From NCBI RefSeq assembly GCF_001194135.2, contig NC_069000.1, positions 10,008,254-10,072,253 of the forward strand: 64,000 bases of DNA, in the 5' to 3' direction. A program made the translations under genes and the position numbers. The notes beneath the pieces are model-generated. The model did not search any database, had not been told where the DNA came from, and saw only the letters and a list, made by a program, of their open reading frames with translations. This DNA is from Octopus bimaculoides (Eukaryota). Of the stretch, positions 28,093-43,400 are shown one piece after another (position 1 is the stretch's first letter; every line of letters starts with the position of its first letter).

Positions 28093-31000
28093 GTATGTAT
28101 GAATGTAATTTGCATGACTTTATTCCATAAAAAGTTGATGAGAATTCAGACCGAACACATGAAACGAAATGAATGGTCAATAAAAATCCAATGAGAAGAG
28201 ATCTGTTACAACGAACGACTCCAAAGGAGATAACAATCCCATTAGAACAAATGTGAGGTCAGACCTATTAGACCGAACGAGAGCTAAAATGAAAGTTAAC
28301 CTTATTCCGGCAAAAACACAACTACCATGTTGTTTTCACAGGATTATTATTATTATAATTATATTCGCCATCATCATTAGTTTTTATAACGCAATACAAA
28401 AGTTTTCACATCTTCACAGGGTAATATGTAAAAATCGATGTAAAACCTTAAGTAATGCCAAAACTGTTGATGGTTAAAACAATATTTACAATATTATTTT
28501 CATACAAGAAATGCTAAAAGAAAAAAGAAAAAAAAAAAACACTAGGAAAGGAAAAACAAATAATACCGAAGAGAAATTCAAGCATCTAATAACAAATAAT
28601 GAGGAACGTTTTATATTTATTCATCCATAAACCATTCTCTGAACATTCACATACACACATTAGTGATGAATCTCTATAGGGTTGTGTGCAGAAGTTGGTC
28701 TGGAAAAAGAGGTAAAAATAATCCAACCTCTTTAAGCTAAAGAGAGTCTAGTCACGGGAGCATGCAGTAAATAAATGAAACAGATTGAATCAGAGATAAG
28801 TCCTTAATACTGTGTGTTCGAGAAACTTTCAGCCTGGGCACTGCTGGGACTTGATGAAGGAGGGAAACTACGAGAAAGAGAAATGAGGGATAGTTCTGTA
28901 CTTACACAAGATACTATTATAATTTATATGATATAGTTTATGTAGTAAAGAAGGAGTAAGGCTGAAGAAGTCTGAAGTAGCAGACTTACCTGGATGTATG
29001 GCGCCACTGCACGAGATATCTCTCTTTGTTTCTCAGTAACAAGATCTTTCAGTTGTGATACCATTTCCCTGAACTGTAAAATAAGATGCCAAATTAATAC
29101 CACTGATTTTCGGTTCACTGTTAGTATCCACATGTTTATTTTGGTTTTAGCTTTAATACAAAAATATATGCCCCCTAGGTTCCCTATAATAAATACTTGT
29201 AACCGTTAGCTAATCTTTATCATAAAAATTTTCCCAGGGGAAAACCAGGGAAACCTGGGTCTCACAAGGAAGGTGCAGATGTAATTAATTTGAACACTTC
29301 ATCGTCATCATCACTAATATCAGTCAGGAGGTAACGGGTTCAATGTTTTGAAGGTAATGGTGTCTCTGGTCTCCGGTTATTATGTCAATGTCATACCTTG
29401 ACATTGTTGTCTTCTTCCTGACCTTAATGACACACAAGATATATGGGCACAATGTGAGGGCACTATGGCCCAGTGGTTAGAGCAGCAGACTCACAGTCGT
29501 AGGATCGTGGTTTCGATTCCCAGACTGGGCGTTGTGAGTGTTTATTAAGCGAAAACACCTAAAACTCCAAGAGGCTCCGGCAGGGGGTGGTAGCGACCCC
29601 TGCTGTACTCTTTCACCACAGCTTTCTCTCACTCTTTCTTCCTGTTTCTGTTGTACCTGTATTTCAAAGGGCCAGCCTTGTCACACTCTCTGTCATGCTG
29701 AATCTCCCCCAAGAACTACGTTAAGGGTAGACGTGTCTGTGGAGTGCTCAGCCACTTGCACGTTAATTTCACGAGCAAGCTGTTCCGTTGATTGGATGAA
29801 CCGGAACCCTTGTCTTTGTAACCAACAGAGTACTACAATGGACACAATATTCGAGCAACTGAGGTTAATTTATATGATTTCACTTCTAGTTATTATATTC
29901 TAACTGCGGGGAGAGAAGAAGAAAACTCCTCATCATTACCACCATCACCACTTGGGCATGTACAAGTTGGATTAGTACAAGATGAATTAGTCATTGTACA
30001 GACAGCAACTGAGAAGGAAAATAAATATTATTCAAAATTTATCCTTGTTTATGTCTAAAAATGTGGGCTGGGTGCAAGGTTTTGTCCTACTTGCATTACA
30101 GAGGTTGTCTTGTGCGAAAGGGTTAAAGTGACCTCTTAATCTTTGTTGGTTATCATTGCACTAATGTTCTCCACAGATGCTTTTGCTGATGTGAGGCTAT
30201 AGCGAATTTAATGGACAGTGAAATTGAACACAGGACTATGTGGTTGTAAGGTGAACTTCTTAACCGCAAAGCCATGCCTCGCACACATACATAAAATTAA
30301 GTAAAATAATTTGTTATATGCAACAGAAGCAGTATTAGATTAAAAAAACCACCTGTGTATCATACTTAATGCATATACATCACAAAAAAGCAAAATCTCT
30401 TAAAGGACACATTGTGTTTAAAATCACAAAACTATATTAGTAGCAGATGAAAATCATCCAACAACAGCAGTAAGAATGCTAGACATACATTTCTGCTTTA
30501 TTGGGCTTCGTCAGTAACATATATCTAGTGCTGATCACATGCTAAGACAAAATCTGTTGCCACTGATATAACAAAAAAACGATGATTTAATAACCACTGA
30601 TATTGCAATTAGCTACTTGGCAGAATAACAATTTGTTATGCGCAACAGAGGCAGCATTAGATTAAAACAGTCATCTGTGTATTATACTAAATGCAGAAAC
30701 ATCATGATTGATATAGTTTTGCGTTTAAACACACAGTACATTCATAAAGGATATTATCCCCAGGCGAATTCTGCAGTTAATTTGCCTTTTGTGATGAAAA
30801 CTTCATTAAGTATAATAGATAGACAGTTATGTAAAATAATATTTTCCTTTTTGATAAAACTGATGCAAAGAATTTGGTGGGCTTGATAATCTTGTTAAAA
30901 CAAATTAATGTTCATAGAACGTGGAATATGGTATAAATTTCTCTTTAATTGGAATAACAAATAAAAAAATTTATAAAAAAATTTAAAGGATGAAACTGAT

Positions 31001-34000
31001 TAATAAAAAAAAAGACCCAAAAGATCTCCTTTTAATTGGATGACAAATTCTCTCTTCAAATTTTCATTAATTTTTTTATGCCTTTCTCTCATACAGGAAA
31101 AGAGGCTACAATTTTAAACTAATAACTATAAAACAAATTACACTGTTAATTTGTCTAAAGAAGGAAACAATTTGATCCTAACAACCGAAAAATACCCATA
31201 ACAAATATTGTCTGCTACACATGTAGGGATAGCTGAGTGGTCAAGGAATTTTCTTTGTAACTATGAGCTCCCAGGTTCACTTCCATTGAGTAGGTGGCAT
31301 CTTGGGTGAGTGCATTTATTGTAGTTTTTGGACTGATCCAAGACTTGTGAATGAATCTGGGCAGAAATTGTAAAGATGCAGGTATGATGTGTGGTTAAGA
31401 AGCTGGCTTTGTAGTCATGTGGTTTTGTCTTGTTAGGGGTATGTAGGACTACATTATCTAATGTGTTCTTGCTTTAAGATGGGAGAAGTGTGATTTGAGA
31501 GAAATTTGACTGCTATTTCTAACTAGTTGAGCAACAATGTAACCGCTGCCTTGTTGGTTTGTGAAGACATTATGAATAAGAGATGTTTCAGTCAACCAAT
31601 ATAGAAATAAAATATATACAATATAAAAACAATATGGTTACAACATAGCTACAATAAAGATATAACATAGATAAAATAAATACAATATAAATGTAACAGA
31701 TACAATATAGGCAAATATATAAACAGAATCTAATTACAACAGAGATATGACATAATCACAATACAGATACAACATAGATATATTATAGACAGAACAAACA
31801 AATCTGGTACAATATAGAAATAATCTAGTAACAAAATGGTACAATAAACACAGATATACTATACAAATAACACAGAAACAATATTAATACAACATCAATA
31901 TATATAAAAGTATATATAATATAGATGCAACATAAATACAATATAGACATAATTTAATGAAAGCAGAATTACAGTATATATGCAGCATAGTTGTAACATA
32001 GATGCAATATAGACACTACATAAAAACAAATATGCATATAACATGGATGCAATATTGATATAATATAGATCCAAGGTAAGTACAATATACTGACAAAGTT
32101 ACAGTACAGTTATAATAAAAATGCAATTAAAAAAATTGATATTGCAAAAGCTTTTGAAGAAATCCAAGAAAAGAATACAAATGAAATATAAATAAAATAA
32201 ATGTTATGAAGTTGCTTACCTTTGTATGAAGGCTTGCCATCAATTGGGCATTTACTCTCTGTACTCGGTCTGTGGCAACCTCAAGAGCTTGTAGCTTTTG
32301 AGAAAGTACAGCCATGAATTGTTGGACACGTAACAAGATGGAATGGTGACACTTATCTAACACTTTCCATAAATGGAACCTGAAGAATAACAAAAATATA
32401 TAAATATGTGGTGCAGGTAATGGCTGAGTGGTTAACGATGGTTTCGGCTTCCGCTTCACTGCATAGTACCTAGGTAAATGTTTTCTTCTATAGCCTTGGG
32501 CCAACCAAAGACTTGGGAGTAGATTTGGTGATCAGAAACTAGAAGAAGCTCATTTAACTTAACTACCTAATATTTATTTCTTTATTGCCCACAAGGGGCT
32601 ACACACAGAGGGGACAAACAAGGACAGACAAATGGATTAAGTCGATTATATTGACCCCAGTGTGTAACTGGTACTTAGTTAATTGACCTCAGCAGAATTT
32701 GAACTCAGAACGTAGCGGCAGACGAAATACCGCTAAGCATTTTGCCAGGTGTGCTAACAATTCTGCCAGCTCGCCACCTTAAACCAATATTTCTTACCTG
32801 TTACCAAGCAAGGTAATATTTGCCCCATAGCTGGAGGACAGGTTTTTACAGAAGATCAGAAGACCACCACTTGTATGATGGTGAGACTCCTTTACAGCTA
32901 TCATGAGATATCAAGGCAAGAAGACACAAAACACACATACATACACAACAGGATTCTTTTGGTTTCCTTCTACCAAATTGACTTGCAAGGCTGTGGTTCA
33001 CCTGATGCTATATTCTAAGACATTTGCCCAAAGTGTTAGCTAATGGAACTGAAACCAAAGGCAAACTTCTTAACCACACATCTATGTCAGAATGTATAAT
33101 AAAAAAAGTTGTTTCCTAAGAATTATCGAAAAATATCTTGAAAATCAATATGGAAATTTCCTTTACAAACAATACAATGAGTCATTTAACCCCAGGCCAA
33201 ACCTGATTGAACAGAACTATGATCAAAAGCAATCCGACTCATTTATAAAAAAGCATTTAATACTATTTTATATAATGTGTCCTTCCTCTTTTGTAAGACA
33301 ATATATGCAGATTATACACACACACATACATACACATATGATCATCATTTAACAGACATTAAATGATGATGATGATGATGTGTGTGTTTGTGTATGTGTG
33401 TATATGTGTATGTTTATATATATATAAAATTATATTTTTACAATAAAAATGATAATTACGAAGAAACTGCCATGCACCTTTAAGAAACCTGAAAGAATTG
33501 ATTGCTTTCCAATAAATAAATAATAGTAATAATAAAAAAAAAAAAGATTCAACTCTTATGATTTTACAAAATAATGAAATAAATACTCAAGTAATTATGT
33601 ATTGTACAGAAACACAGCCACTTAATATTTGGAAACAATAGCTGTTACTGTTTTGATTCTCTTCAAGAAATATTTATTCTTTCAAATGTATTAACTAAAC
33701 TATAGCCCCAGGCCAACCAAAGCCTCGTGAGTGGATTTGGTAGGTTAAAATTGAAAAGAAACCTATTTTGTGTGTGTAATATATACATACAGATGTATAA
33801 TATATATATATATATACTCTTTTACTTGTTTCAGTCATTTGACTGTGGCCATGCTGGAGCACCACCTTTAAAGTCAACCAAATTGACCCCAGAACTTATT
33901 CTTTGTAAGCCCAGTACATATTTTCTATTGGTCTCTTTTGCCAAACCGCTAAGCTATGGGGACGCAAACACACCAGCATTGGTTGTCAAGCGANNNNNNN

Positions 34001-37000
34001 NNNCAAACATATACACACACATACATATATACATATACGACGGGCTTCTTTCAGTTTCCGTCTACCAAATCCACTCACAAGGCTTTGGGCGGCCTGAGGC
34101 TATAGTAGAAGGCACTTGCCCAAGGTGCCATGCAGTGAGACTGAACCTGGGACCATGTGGTTGGTAAGCAAGCTACTTACCACACACTCACTCCTATACA
34201 CACACACACACGCATGCATGTGTGCTTCTCTTTCTTTGTCTTGACATTGATTTCAAATTCTGGCACAAGGAAGGCCAGTAGTTTTTGGGGAGGGGAGGGT
34301 TTAAGTCAATTACATTGACCCCCAGTGTTCAACTGGTACTTACTGACCCTCTAAAAGGATGAAAGTCAAAAGTCAACTTCAGTGGAATTTGAACTCAGAA
34401 TGTAAAGATGGATGCAATGCCATTTAAGCACTTTCGCCTGTCATGCTAATGGTTCTGCCAGCTTGATGACTCTCTTTGTCTTGACATGGCATAATTGCAA
34501 ACAGACATTACTGTCATAAAAGTGGTGCCATTTGTTTGCAATCTCCTATGAAAACATGTCCGGATGAGAGAGGAAATCATTATCTTACTTGGAAACAGGT
34601 TCGGATTAGTGACAGCAGAGTATTTGACTGCAGAAAATCTGCCTCAAACACATCCTGTCTGCCCTATGCAAATATAGGAAAGTAGACATTAAAATGATGA
34701 CGAGAGAGAAATTTAGCTGTTATTTCAAGCAGGTTGAGCGTCCACATACAAGCTCTTTTACTGACTCGATTAACAATATTATTATATCATTGAACAGGTA
34801 TGTAGAAATATAGTGCTTGTTTCCTTGCCAGGTGGTAGTGAAAGATCCATAAAATAGGGATATGGGGTGGAGTTGTTTCTTGGAAAAGGGCAAAGTATCT
34901 TGTTTCTATGAGGCACCCAGCATTTTATGGTTTCTCTCCCCCCCACTTCTCGCTCTAACTGTACACTTTCTGAAACTCTCACACCAATTATTGATCAATA
35001 TATGAATACAAAGGAACTGCAATAGCAATTCCAGTCTGACCTTGGTTAGGATATGTAATTTAACTTTCCATTGACTTCCCAGGATATCGAGCAAGATAAC
35101 AAGATGATATGGCTTAAGAGAGAAGTAACTGTTACACCACAAGACTCTTTCTCAAGAATATATACAGTATTGCTTACTTCTTCATATTGCCATTTTTATG
35201 TTCTTGCACTGGTGTTGTTTTGTTGCTTGGTTTCCACGCAAATGTAGATTAAGAAGGTTTTAACAAAGATTTAAATGTGCATTAATTTGTTAGAGCAAGC
35301 ACTTCACAGCTGGATGTTCTTCCTAGGAGCAACCAATTAAATAGGATTCGGATCTATTAGCTGCTACATTGACCAAGTTCAATGAAATAACATAATTTGC
35401 CTGGAGATAAAATTCTCAAATGTGTGGCTCAATCACCAACACCACACTCTAACTGTCATTTACATATATGACAGGTTCCTAAATAAACTTCTGAAGAATG
35501 TTTTAACAGAGACTAACTACACTAACGTGGTGAAAATCCTTCACTATTGAATAATTGGTACATTCATACCGAGGTAGAGTCATACCAATTGGTGACTCAT
35601 ACCTATTTGATGGTCACTTCAGGCGAAGACAGAAAGTATTTCATGACTAATTATTCTGAAGCATATGTATATGTGTATCATATATGTATATGTAATGTTA
35701 AAAAGATTTTATTATCATTATTATTATTATTATTATAATTATTAATTATTATGCAATAAAACTTATATGAAAATAAAGGTTATAATACAATGAATATTTT
35801 AACGTGAAGTAGATGCAATTTTAACAAAGTTTAAGAAAATTAATGGAATTAAAAAAATTGAAATTAATCAATTTTTCTAATGTGCAGCAAGGTTTATGGA
35901 ATTATAGCCAAGGCTCATCTGAGCTTGACCCAACATTTTGTTGGGTCAAGCACATTTAGTGTTTGACCAATAGACTCTCATCTAACTTTGGACTGTGCAG
36001 ATAATACTGGACTGAGTTGGTGCTTCAACTTAAGTACCTAATTCAACTGAATCTCAATTATAAATGGCGGTGCCCCAGCATGGCCACAGCTCATGAGCTG
36101 AAACTAGATAAAATGAAAAAATACACACACACATACATACATACATACATACACGATGGGCTTCTTTCAGTTTTTGTCTTTCAAATCCACTCACAAGATT
36201 TTGGTCGGCTCGAGGCTATAGTAGAGAACACTTGCCCAAGGTGGCATGCAGGAGAAGACAATCCAGTGGGACAACTAGAAGAATGAAGGAAATGCAATGT
36301 GAGAGAAGTGTTCTTACCCAAACACAGTGCCCCAACTGACACTAACAGTACGGAAAAGAGGTTCAGTCAGCTGTTCGTTGAAATCTATTGGGCCATATGT
36401 TGGAGAGTTGAACTGTCCAGAACGTCTTACTGTAGCCATGTATGTAGCAAAATGAAGGCCTCCTTTTGTCTTGTCATCTCGATTAACCTGAAAAAAAAAA
36501 TGAAGCAGTTACATACTAATAAAAAACAGAAGTGTTTCAAACAGTTCAACAAATGTCTTATCATTTATTTGTTTTAGTCATTGGCAACTGCACTCTCGGA
36601 ATGGTTGGCGTTAGGAAGGGCATCCAGCTGTAGAAACTCTGCCAGATCAGATTGGAGCCTGGTGCAGCCTTCTGGCTTGCCAGTCCTCAGTCAAATCGTC
36701 CAACCCATGCTAGCATGGAAAGCGGAATTTAAATGATGATGATGATGATGATGATTGGATTGTGGCCACACTGGAGCACCAGCTTGAATAGTTTTGGTCA
36801 AACAAATCAACCCCAGTACTTATATTTTGAGTCTGGTACTTATTCTATTTGCCTCTTTTGTTGAACCACTAAGTTACAGGGATGTAAACAAACCAACACC
36901 AGTATGTATACAATGAGCTTCCATGCAGTTTCTGTCCACCAATTTTGCTCACAAGCCACTGGTTAGCCTAGCCCAAAGTGTGGCGCAATGGGACTGAACC

Positions 37001-37607
37001 CGAAACCACATGGTTCCAATGTAAGCTACTTAACCACACAGCCATGCATGCCCACGGTAATATAAAATAGATACAATAGCAAGGTAATATGATCGTTAAA
37101 GGTAGTAAGGATACAAAAGTAATGTTTGTTTAATTGTACAGTAATATAGGATAATGGTACGGTAATGCCATTGTACAATATAATACACATATAGAAAATG
37201 AAAACTTGGAAAGTACTAAAAATGTGAGAGCTTAGTAAGACAGAACAAGACAATCATTAAGAAAATAACAAAGAAACCCCAGGACATTCATTCCTCTGTC
37301 TTTTCTGTATTCTGTTTGTTGTTGGCTCACTCACTACACAAAATCTATTGATTAAGTAGCAGCCATTTCATATAACCCAAGGTCAATCTTAATATGTATA
37401 CAGGACAGCATCATTCACTGCCATTTTTTTTTTGTTTTTGAAGACTGTGGAATTTGATTTGAAGGAGACTGAGCTGCTACTTCTAGCACAGTGACTCTCT
37501 ACCATTTTTTTTTCACTATGGACCCTTATCAGATGGGAAGTCATGATGGGTATACTGGGCTTTGTATATTTTGCCCCAGTGTCACTTTGATGGAATCACT
37601 CACATAC

Positions 37608-37640
<33 letters not shown>

Positions 37641-40432
37641 GAAATTAGCAAAATGTGGAACCTGAAAACTAAAACAATACCTATTGTCATAGGTGCCCTG
37701 GGAATGACAGCAAAACAGGCTGATTACTACCTAGCTCAGATACCAGGAAACCCCAAAATGGCTGAATTTCAAAAGATAGTGCTCATGGGAACTGCCCATA
37801 TCCTACGTAAAATACTGTCTATGTGATCTCAAATTTTAAAACAAACACATAATTTTCTTATGGTTTCTTAAACATTCTTTAGAACAACACTATGTACAAA
37901 TCCAAATATATGGTACCCTAGGCATAACACCTACATGAACTTCTAACTTGTTGTCTCTTGAGGTCTCTGGGTGAGACTTGGATCAAACTTGTACAAATGC
38001 AAAGCAAAAATCAAACATAAAATAATAATAATAATAATAATAATAACAATTCAAATGCTCACCGGTGAACACCATTTAGCAGCAGTATAATTGGAAGTAT
38101 TTTTGGCAGTGTCTACACCTTCGTTCATCTTACAGTAAATCTGACTGTTGAAGAGTTCTTCAATCTCCGAGGCAAGACCCTCCATGATAGGGTTTAAGTC
38201 AGACATGAGTGAATTTAGACTTCCTTCAAACGTAGACCGTACACTTTCCCGAGTACCATGGCTCTGCAACGAAAACAACAGAAAAGAAAAATTAAAATAG
38301 AACATGATCAAACAATGAAAATTGCGTCCACTACAGTATACTCCTCGGTTCAGAGAGTTAAGTTCTCATACTTAAAAGAGATAATTTTTTAGGCTTAAAA
38401 TTCTGAATAAAGATGTAAATTGTCCACTGAAATAAATAAGGTAGCTGCCTCAGTTCCAGCATGCTACCTCAGAGCCAACCACTCTAAGAGTATAGTGGGT
38501 GCTTTTCATTTGCCACTGGCATCAGCCACATTCGGATGGTGTTTTTTACGTGGTACCGGAACAGGAGCCAGTTGGGGTGCGAAGGCTGGCAATGACCCAT
38601 GCATGCATGGTGCTTACTGCGTTCCCCGGCACGGGAGCCAGTCAGACGGCACTGGCTAATGAAAATAATAACAACAATAATAATAATAATTATTATTATT
38701 ATGGTTTCAAATTTTGGCACAGCATCAGCAAGCTCGGGGGAGGGGGTATATTGTTTACATCAACCCCAGTACTCAACTAATACTTGTTTTATCAAACCCG
38801 ATATGATGAAACACGAAATTGATCTTGGCAGAATTTAAACTCAGAATGTATAAACAGATGAAATGTCATGATGCATTTCGCCTAGCTTGTTTTAATAAAA
38901 ATAATAACAATAATGAGTGTATATATGCATGTATATCATGAAAGCTGGGATATTAAATGTAATATTTATTTGGAATATAAATAATATATAAATATAAAAA
39001 GACAGCCATATTTACCTGTGTTCCTCCATCTGTGATGTAACTTTCGAGATCAAAGACAAATTGTCCCAAATTCTGGACCAACCGCTTTAAACCAATTTTT
39101 CTCCGTAGATTTGTAGACTTGTGTACAAAATCTCTCAGTTCCGGAATTTCTGATTCTTCCTCAAATGAAAATACCTTAATAGTAGGGGGAAACAAATGAA
39201 AGAAACACTTTAACAACTTACAACAAACAAGAGAAAATACAGACAAAAAAAAAAATAGACGTTATCAAGGAGGTACATGGCTCAGTGGTTTGAGTGTTGC
39301 ACTCATGACTGTGAGAAAGTGGTTTCAATTCCAGGACCAGATGATGCATTGTATTCTCGAGCAAAACACTTGATGCTGCTCCAGTTCACTCAGCTGACAA
39401 AAATGAGTAACCCTGAAAGAGAGACTGGTGCCCTGTCCAGGGTGGAATTTATGTGTCAAAGAATCCATCCAGGAAACTGGCCTTATGAATCTATGACTCA
39501 AAAAGGACTTTTGATCCATTTTTGACCAATGCTTATTACTCAGAAATTGTGATAGAAAATAAAGATATAATATATATTTGAATCTCAATCTTTAGATTGC
39601 TCAAAACATATATCCTGACTCAGAAGAAAGCTTCGGTGTACGTGTCGAACGGAGACCCACAGTACTCTATATTAGAAACTATGCTGTACCAGGGTCATAT
39701 CAGTGGGTCTTCAGCATAAGTTGGGCCCAGAATAAGATGGTCTGGTATGGCTGTTCGAATGCTGATGATCTGGTATGGCTGGACATTCAATCTGTTTCGT
39801 CAACAGTACTTTTTGGCACTGGAGGGAGGCATACACACACACACATGTGCGCACAAAAATATACACATAGAGAGAGAAGCGGGAAGAGAGACATTAGAAA
39901 CTTACCCTCTCCTCATACACATAAAGAAAAATATGCTATCACACACTCAAAGAGAGAAAGAAGTGGGGAGAATGATAGAGAGACATTAATATGTCTGATG
40001 TCAAATAACTCAGCATTGAATCAGTGATACGAAATAGGTGCCACCAAAATGACTGTGCCAAAATGGTCATGCCCAGTTAGATTATCTTGAAACTAACAAC
40101 TTACCTGAGCAGGTCCATCATTGTGCAGTAACTTCTTAAGTTTCAGGTACTCCACAGAACTAACGCAAAATACATTAAGATTTTTCTCATATTCTTCAAA
40201 TTCTTCATTATTACTATTATTGTTATTGTTATTATTATTGTTGTTGTTGTTGTTGTTGTTATTGTTATTATTATTGTTGTTGTTTTTGTTAGGATCGTTG
40301 TCATTGGAATTATTGGCAGCAGAGCTTTCTATATCCTCCTCGTCTTCTTCAGGTAATATCTCCTCATCACTGTCTTCGGAAGCCATTTTAGCTCTCCGCT
40401 TCATTTCCTATCAAAAATAGAAAAGAAGAAAG

Positions 40433-40468
<36 letters not shown>

Positions 40469-43400
40469 AATGGTGCTTTTCAATAAGGTTTAAACCTGAC
40501 AGAAAAATATGCTCTACATTTAGATATGTAAATTGAAGAGCTTCTGAATCAAAGTTTAAAATGATTTAAAAAAATAAACATAATCTAACATTTATGATTA
40601 TCCCAGTTTACATCTACTAATCTATAATTGCCACGGGATTTAAAATAGCAATTTTTTTTTCCAGCTGCTCAATCACAAGTCTGTAGATGAAGCATCTATA
40701 AGATTTTTCTAGAAAACTCTACCCAGAATGAGTCTCAACTGTTTTCTCTGAGTAGATATGGAGCTTGAAAAAATGTTCCCAGAAGGTATTTTCTCACACC
40801 ATATAGGTGACTGTGTGTTAAAGAAGTTCACTTTGCAGCCATGTGGTTTCAAGTTCAGTCCCACAGTGCAGCACCTTGCACAAGTGTCTTCTAACCAATG
40901 ACTCGTAAGTGAATTTGGTAGATAGAAACTCATGTGCTCTAGCATGGCTGCAGTCCAATGATTGAAACGAGTAAAAGGTAACAGACAGTTTCTGTCTTTG
41001 GCACAAATTTATATTTCTTAAGATAGAGGAGTACGTTCAGTTTACATTATGACTTGTCGTTTTTCTAAATGGCCAAATTCCTGACTCATCTCTAAGACTA
41101 AAACTAGGACTCACCTTAAAACACCCCCTGTAATAATGGTTTGTCATATGGCTTATTTTATGACTTACCTTAAGACCAGCTTTGAAATCTTTCTTGATTT
41201 GAGCTTTAGAATATTCATTCCTGGCTTTGGCACAAACTGAAGCAATGTGTTTCCGGTTGACACAGATTTCATGATCTAATTTTAATATCTGGAAATAGAA
41301 AAAAAAGAGTGGTTCAAATTGAGGCAGAAGAGATACAGCAAGAGTGGAGCAATGAGAAAGGTAAGGGAAGAGGAAAGAGTGTGTGTGTATACATATATAT
41401 ATATGCACATACATATACATGAGGGGGTGCTGAAAAGTTCCTGGCTCTGGATTTCTTTAATAATCCTGTGTCACATAAATCTACACATGTAATTTATAGT
41501 TTGAGGTAAATGCTTTATAGCTAAGCTTATTATAACATGATATTGTTGGAGGATTTTAATTTTTTTTCGAAGTTCAGCTCATATCACTTAAAAGTCTATG
41601 GCAGGTAACTGCCAACACATGTTATAGATTTACCATCATTAACTTATAACCACTTTATAGCTCTCTTCTCTTACTCACAACAGTGGAAAGCTTTCATTTT
41701 ACAAGGTGTGTGGCCAGTTTCAATTTCCTTTAAGTTTGTGAAAACTAATCAAATAACTTGATTAATTACCTTTCCTGTTAATTTTTCAGCCTCTTTCCTT
41801 TTTGATGCAAGTTCTTTCTTCTTCTCTTCCATTACTTCAACTTTCTCTTTTGTTTCGGCTTTTAAATCATTCAGTTCATCTTCATTCTAGAATAAACAAA
41901 CACAGAAGAATGATCACATATTAGGCTCTTTCTCTGCCCCTATGCATTTTCTAACGAATTCAGAATTAATTTTTTTTTAAATATAGAAATGGCAAATTTT
42001 CTGATAGTTTTATCAGTATCAAATTTCAAATTGCTATAAAATTTAAAAAAAAACAGAAACAGATATTTTCTGAAACGCAAACATGTAGACAAGATTTTAA
42101 AATAGAAATTTGAACTGAAATTGAAGTTTTCACTGATTTTATTCATATTTTCACTGTTTTAAATAATGAATTTTGAATTTCAAACTGAATTTCAACTATG
42201 GTTGTTTACTTAATCATTTTTATTTTTGCCTTTTAAGAAAAAAATGTCTAAAAGTCTAAAATTCCTAAAAAAACATTTAACCCTTTTGTTACCAACCTGG
42301 CTGAAACCGGCTCTGGCTCTGTAGTACAAATGTCTTGTCATAACGATGAAATTGTATATTTTTAGAATGACATTGTAGGGGTGTCTGTTGGCACCCCACC
42401 CCTATGACTTGACAACTGATGTTGGTTTGTTTAGATTCATTCCTGTGACATAGTGGTTCAACAAACAGACACTGAGTGAGTGAGTACCAGATATTAAAAA
42501 GATCTAAGTAGTGGGGTTGATTTGTTTGACAAAAACCTTTCAAGGAATGGGTGTATTCCAAAGATTGAAATAAGGAAGCTATTAATAGAACAAAAAGAAA
42601 GAAAGAAAGAAAGAAAAAGAAAGGAGGGTCTGGGAAAATCGGTTGTGGTTTTTGTCATCAAAAACAATTCAGCGAAGTTCCAATTGCAAGGTGAGAAAAG
42701 GGATCTAACATTTGAAGAGAGCTCTTTGTCTAAGAAAAAAATGAAAATTTCCAATCCAGTTAATCCTAATTTGTGCACCTTCAACATGAAACAAACAAAC
42801 AAGAAAAAAAAAAGCAACAGAAAACCCCCCAAATATCCTACGAACATCATAGATGTTGTTTTTAACAAATCATCATAAACCAAACATACCTCACTGCTTT
42901 CCGATTCCTCCATTAATGATTGGATCTCAGTTATAGCTTCCACTAGTTCTTTGTGATCCATTCGGATGGCCTTCAAGTCAAGCCGGAGGGTTTTCATTTC
43001 AGCTAAGAGCTTGGCTTTTGATTGTATAATCTTTTTCTTTTCAGCTTCCAGATCAGCAATTGCCTCTTCTTCGGCTTCAAAGGATTCTTCTAATTCCAGA
43101 CTCCTGTTGAAAAATTGAAAAACCAAAATAACAAACCTTCGGAGGAAGAAGAAAAGGAAGAAGAAGAAAAGGAAGAAGAGCAGGGTGACATTCAAACATA
43201 CAATATCTTCTTCTTTTTAAAATCACAAATAATTAACCAGGATTCTTTCAATATGTTAGGAAGGGCAAACACTTTGTGTTCTTCAAGGAGACATTCTATT
43301 GAAGAGATGAGGAGAAAAGAAGCGATGTTATTAAGCAAAGTAAAGTAATACAGCAGCAAACAGGAATGATTATATGCAAGCTGTAGATACAACTCTATCA

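Noticed and set aside
17-28194. Many ORF-track entries made of YI/CV/HT/TH runs or X (e.g. 17-199, 14051-14783, 18966-19553, 27187-28194)
   Set aside because: Translations of microsatellites and N-gaps; no coding signal.
40433-40466. Long poly-A run (also 8666-8720) as a possible retrocopy tail
   Set aside because: At 40.4 kb it is the T-tract of the exon 12 acceptor on the minus strand. No processed-gene sequence or TSD is adjacent to either run.
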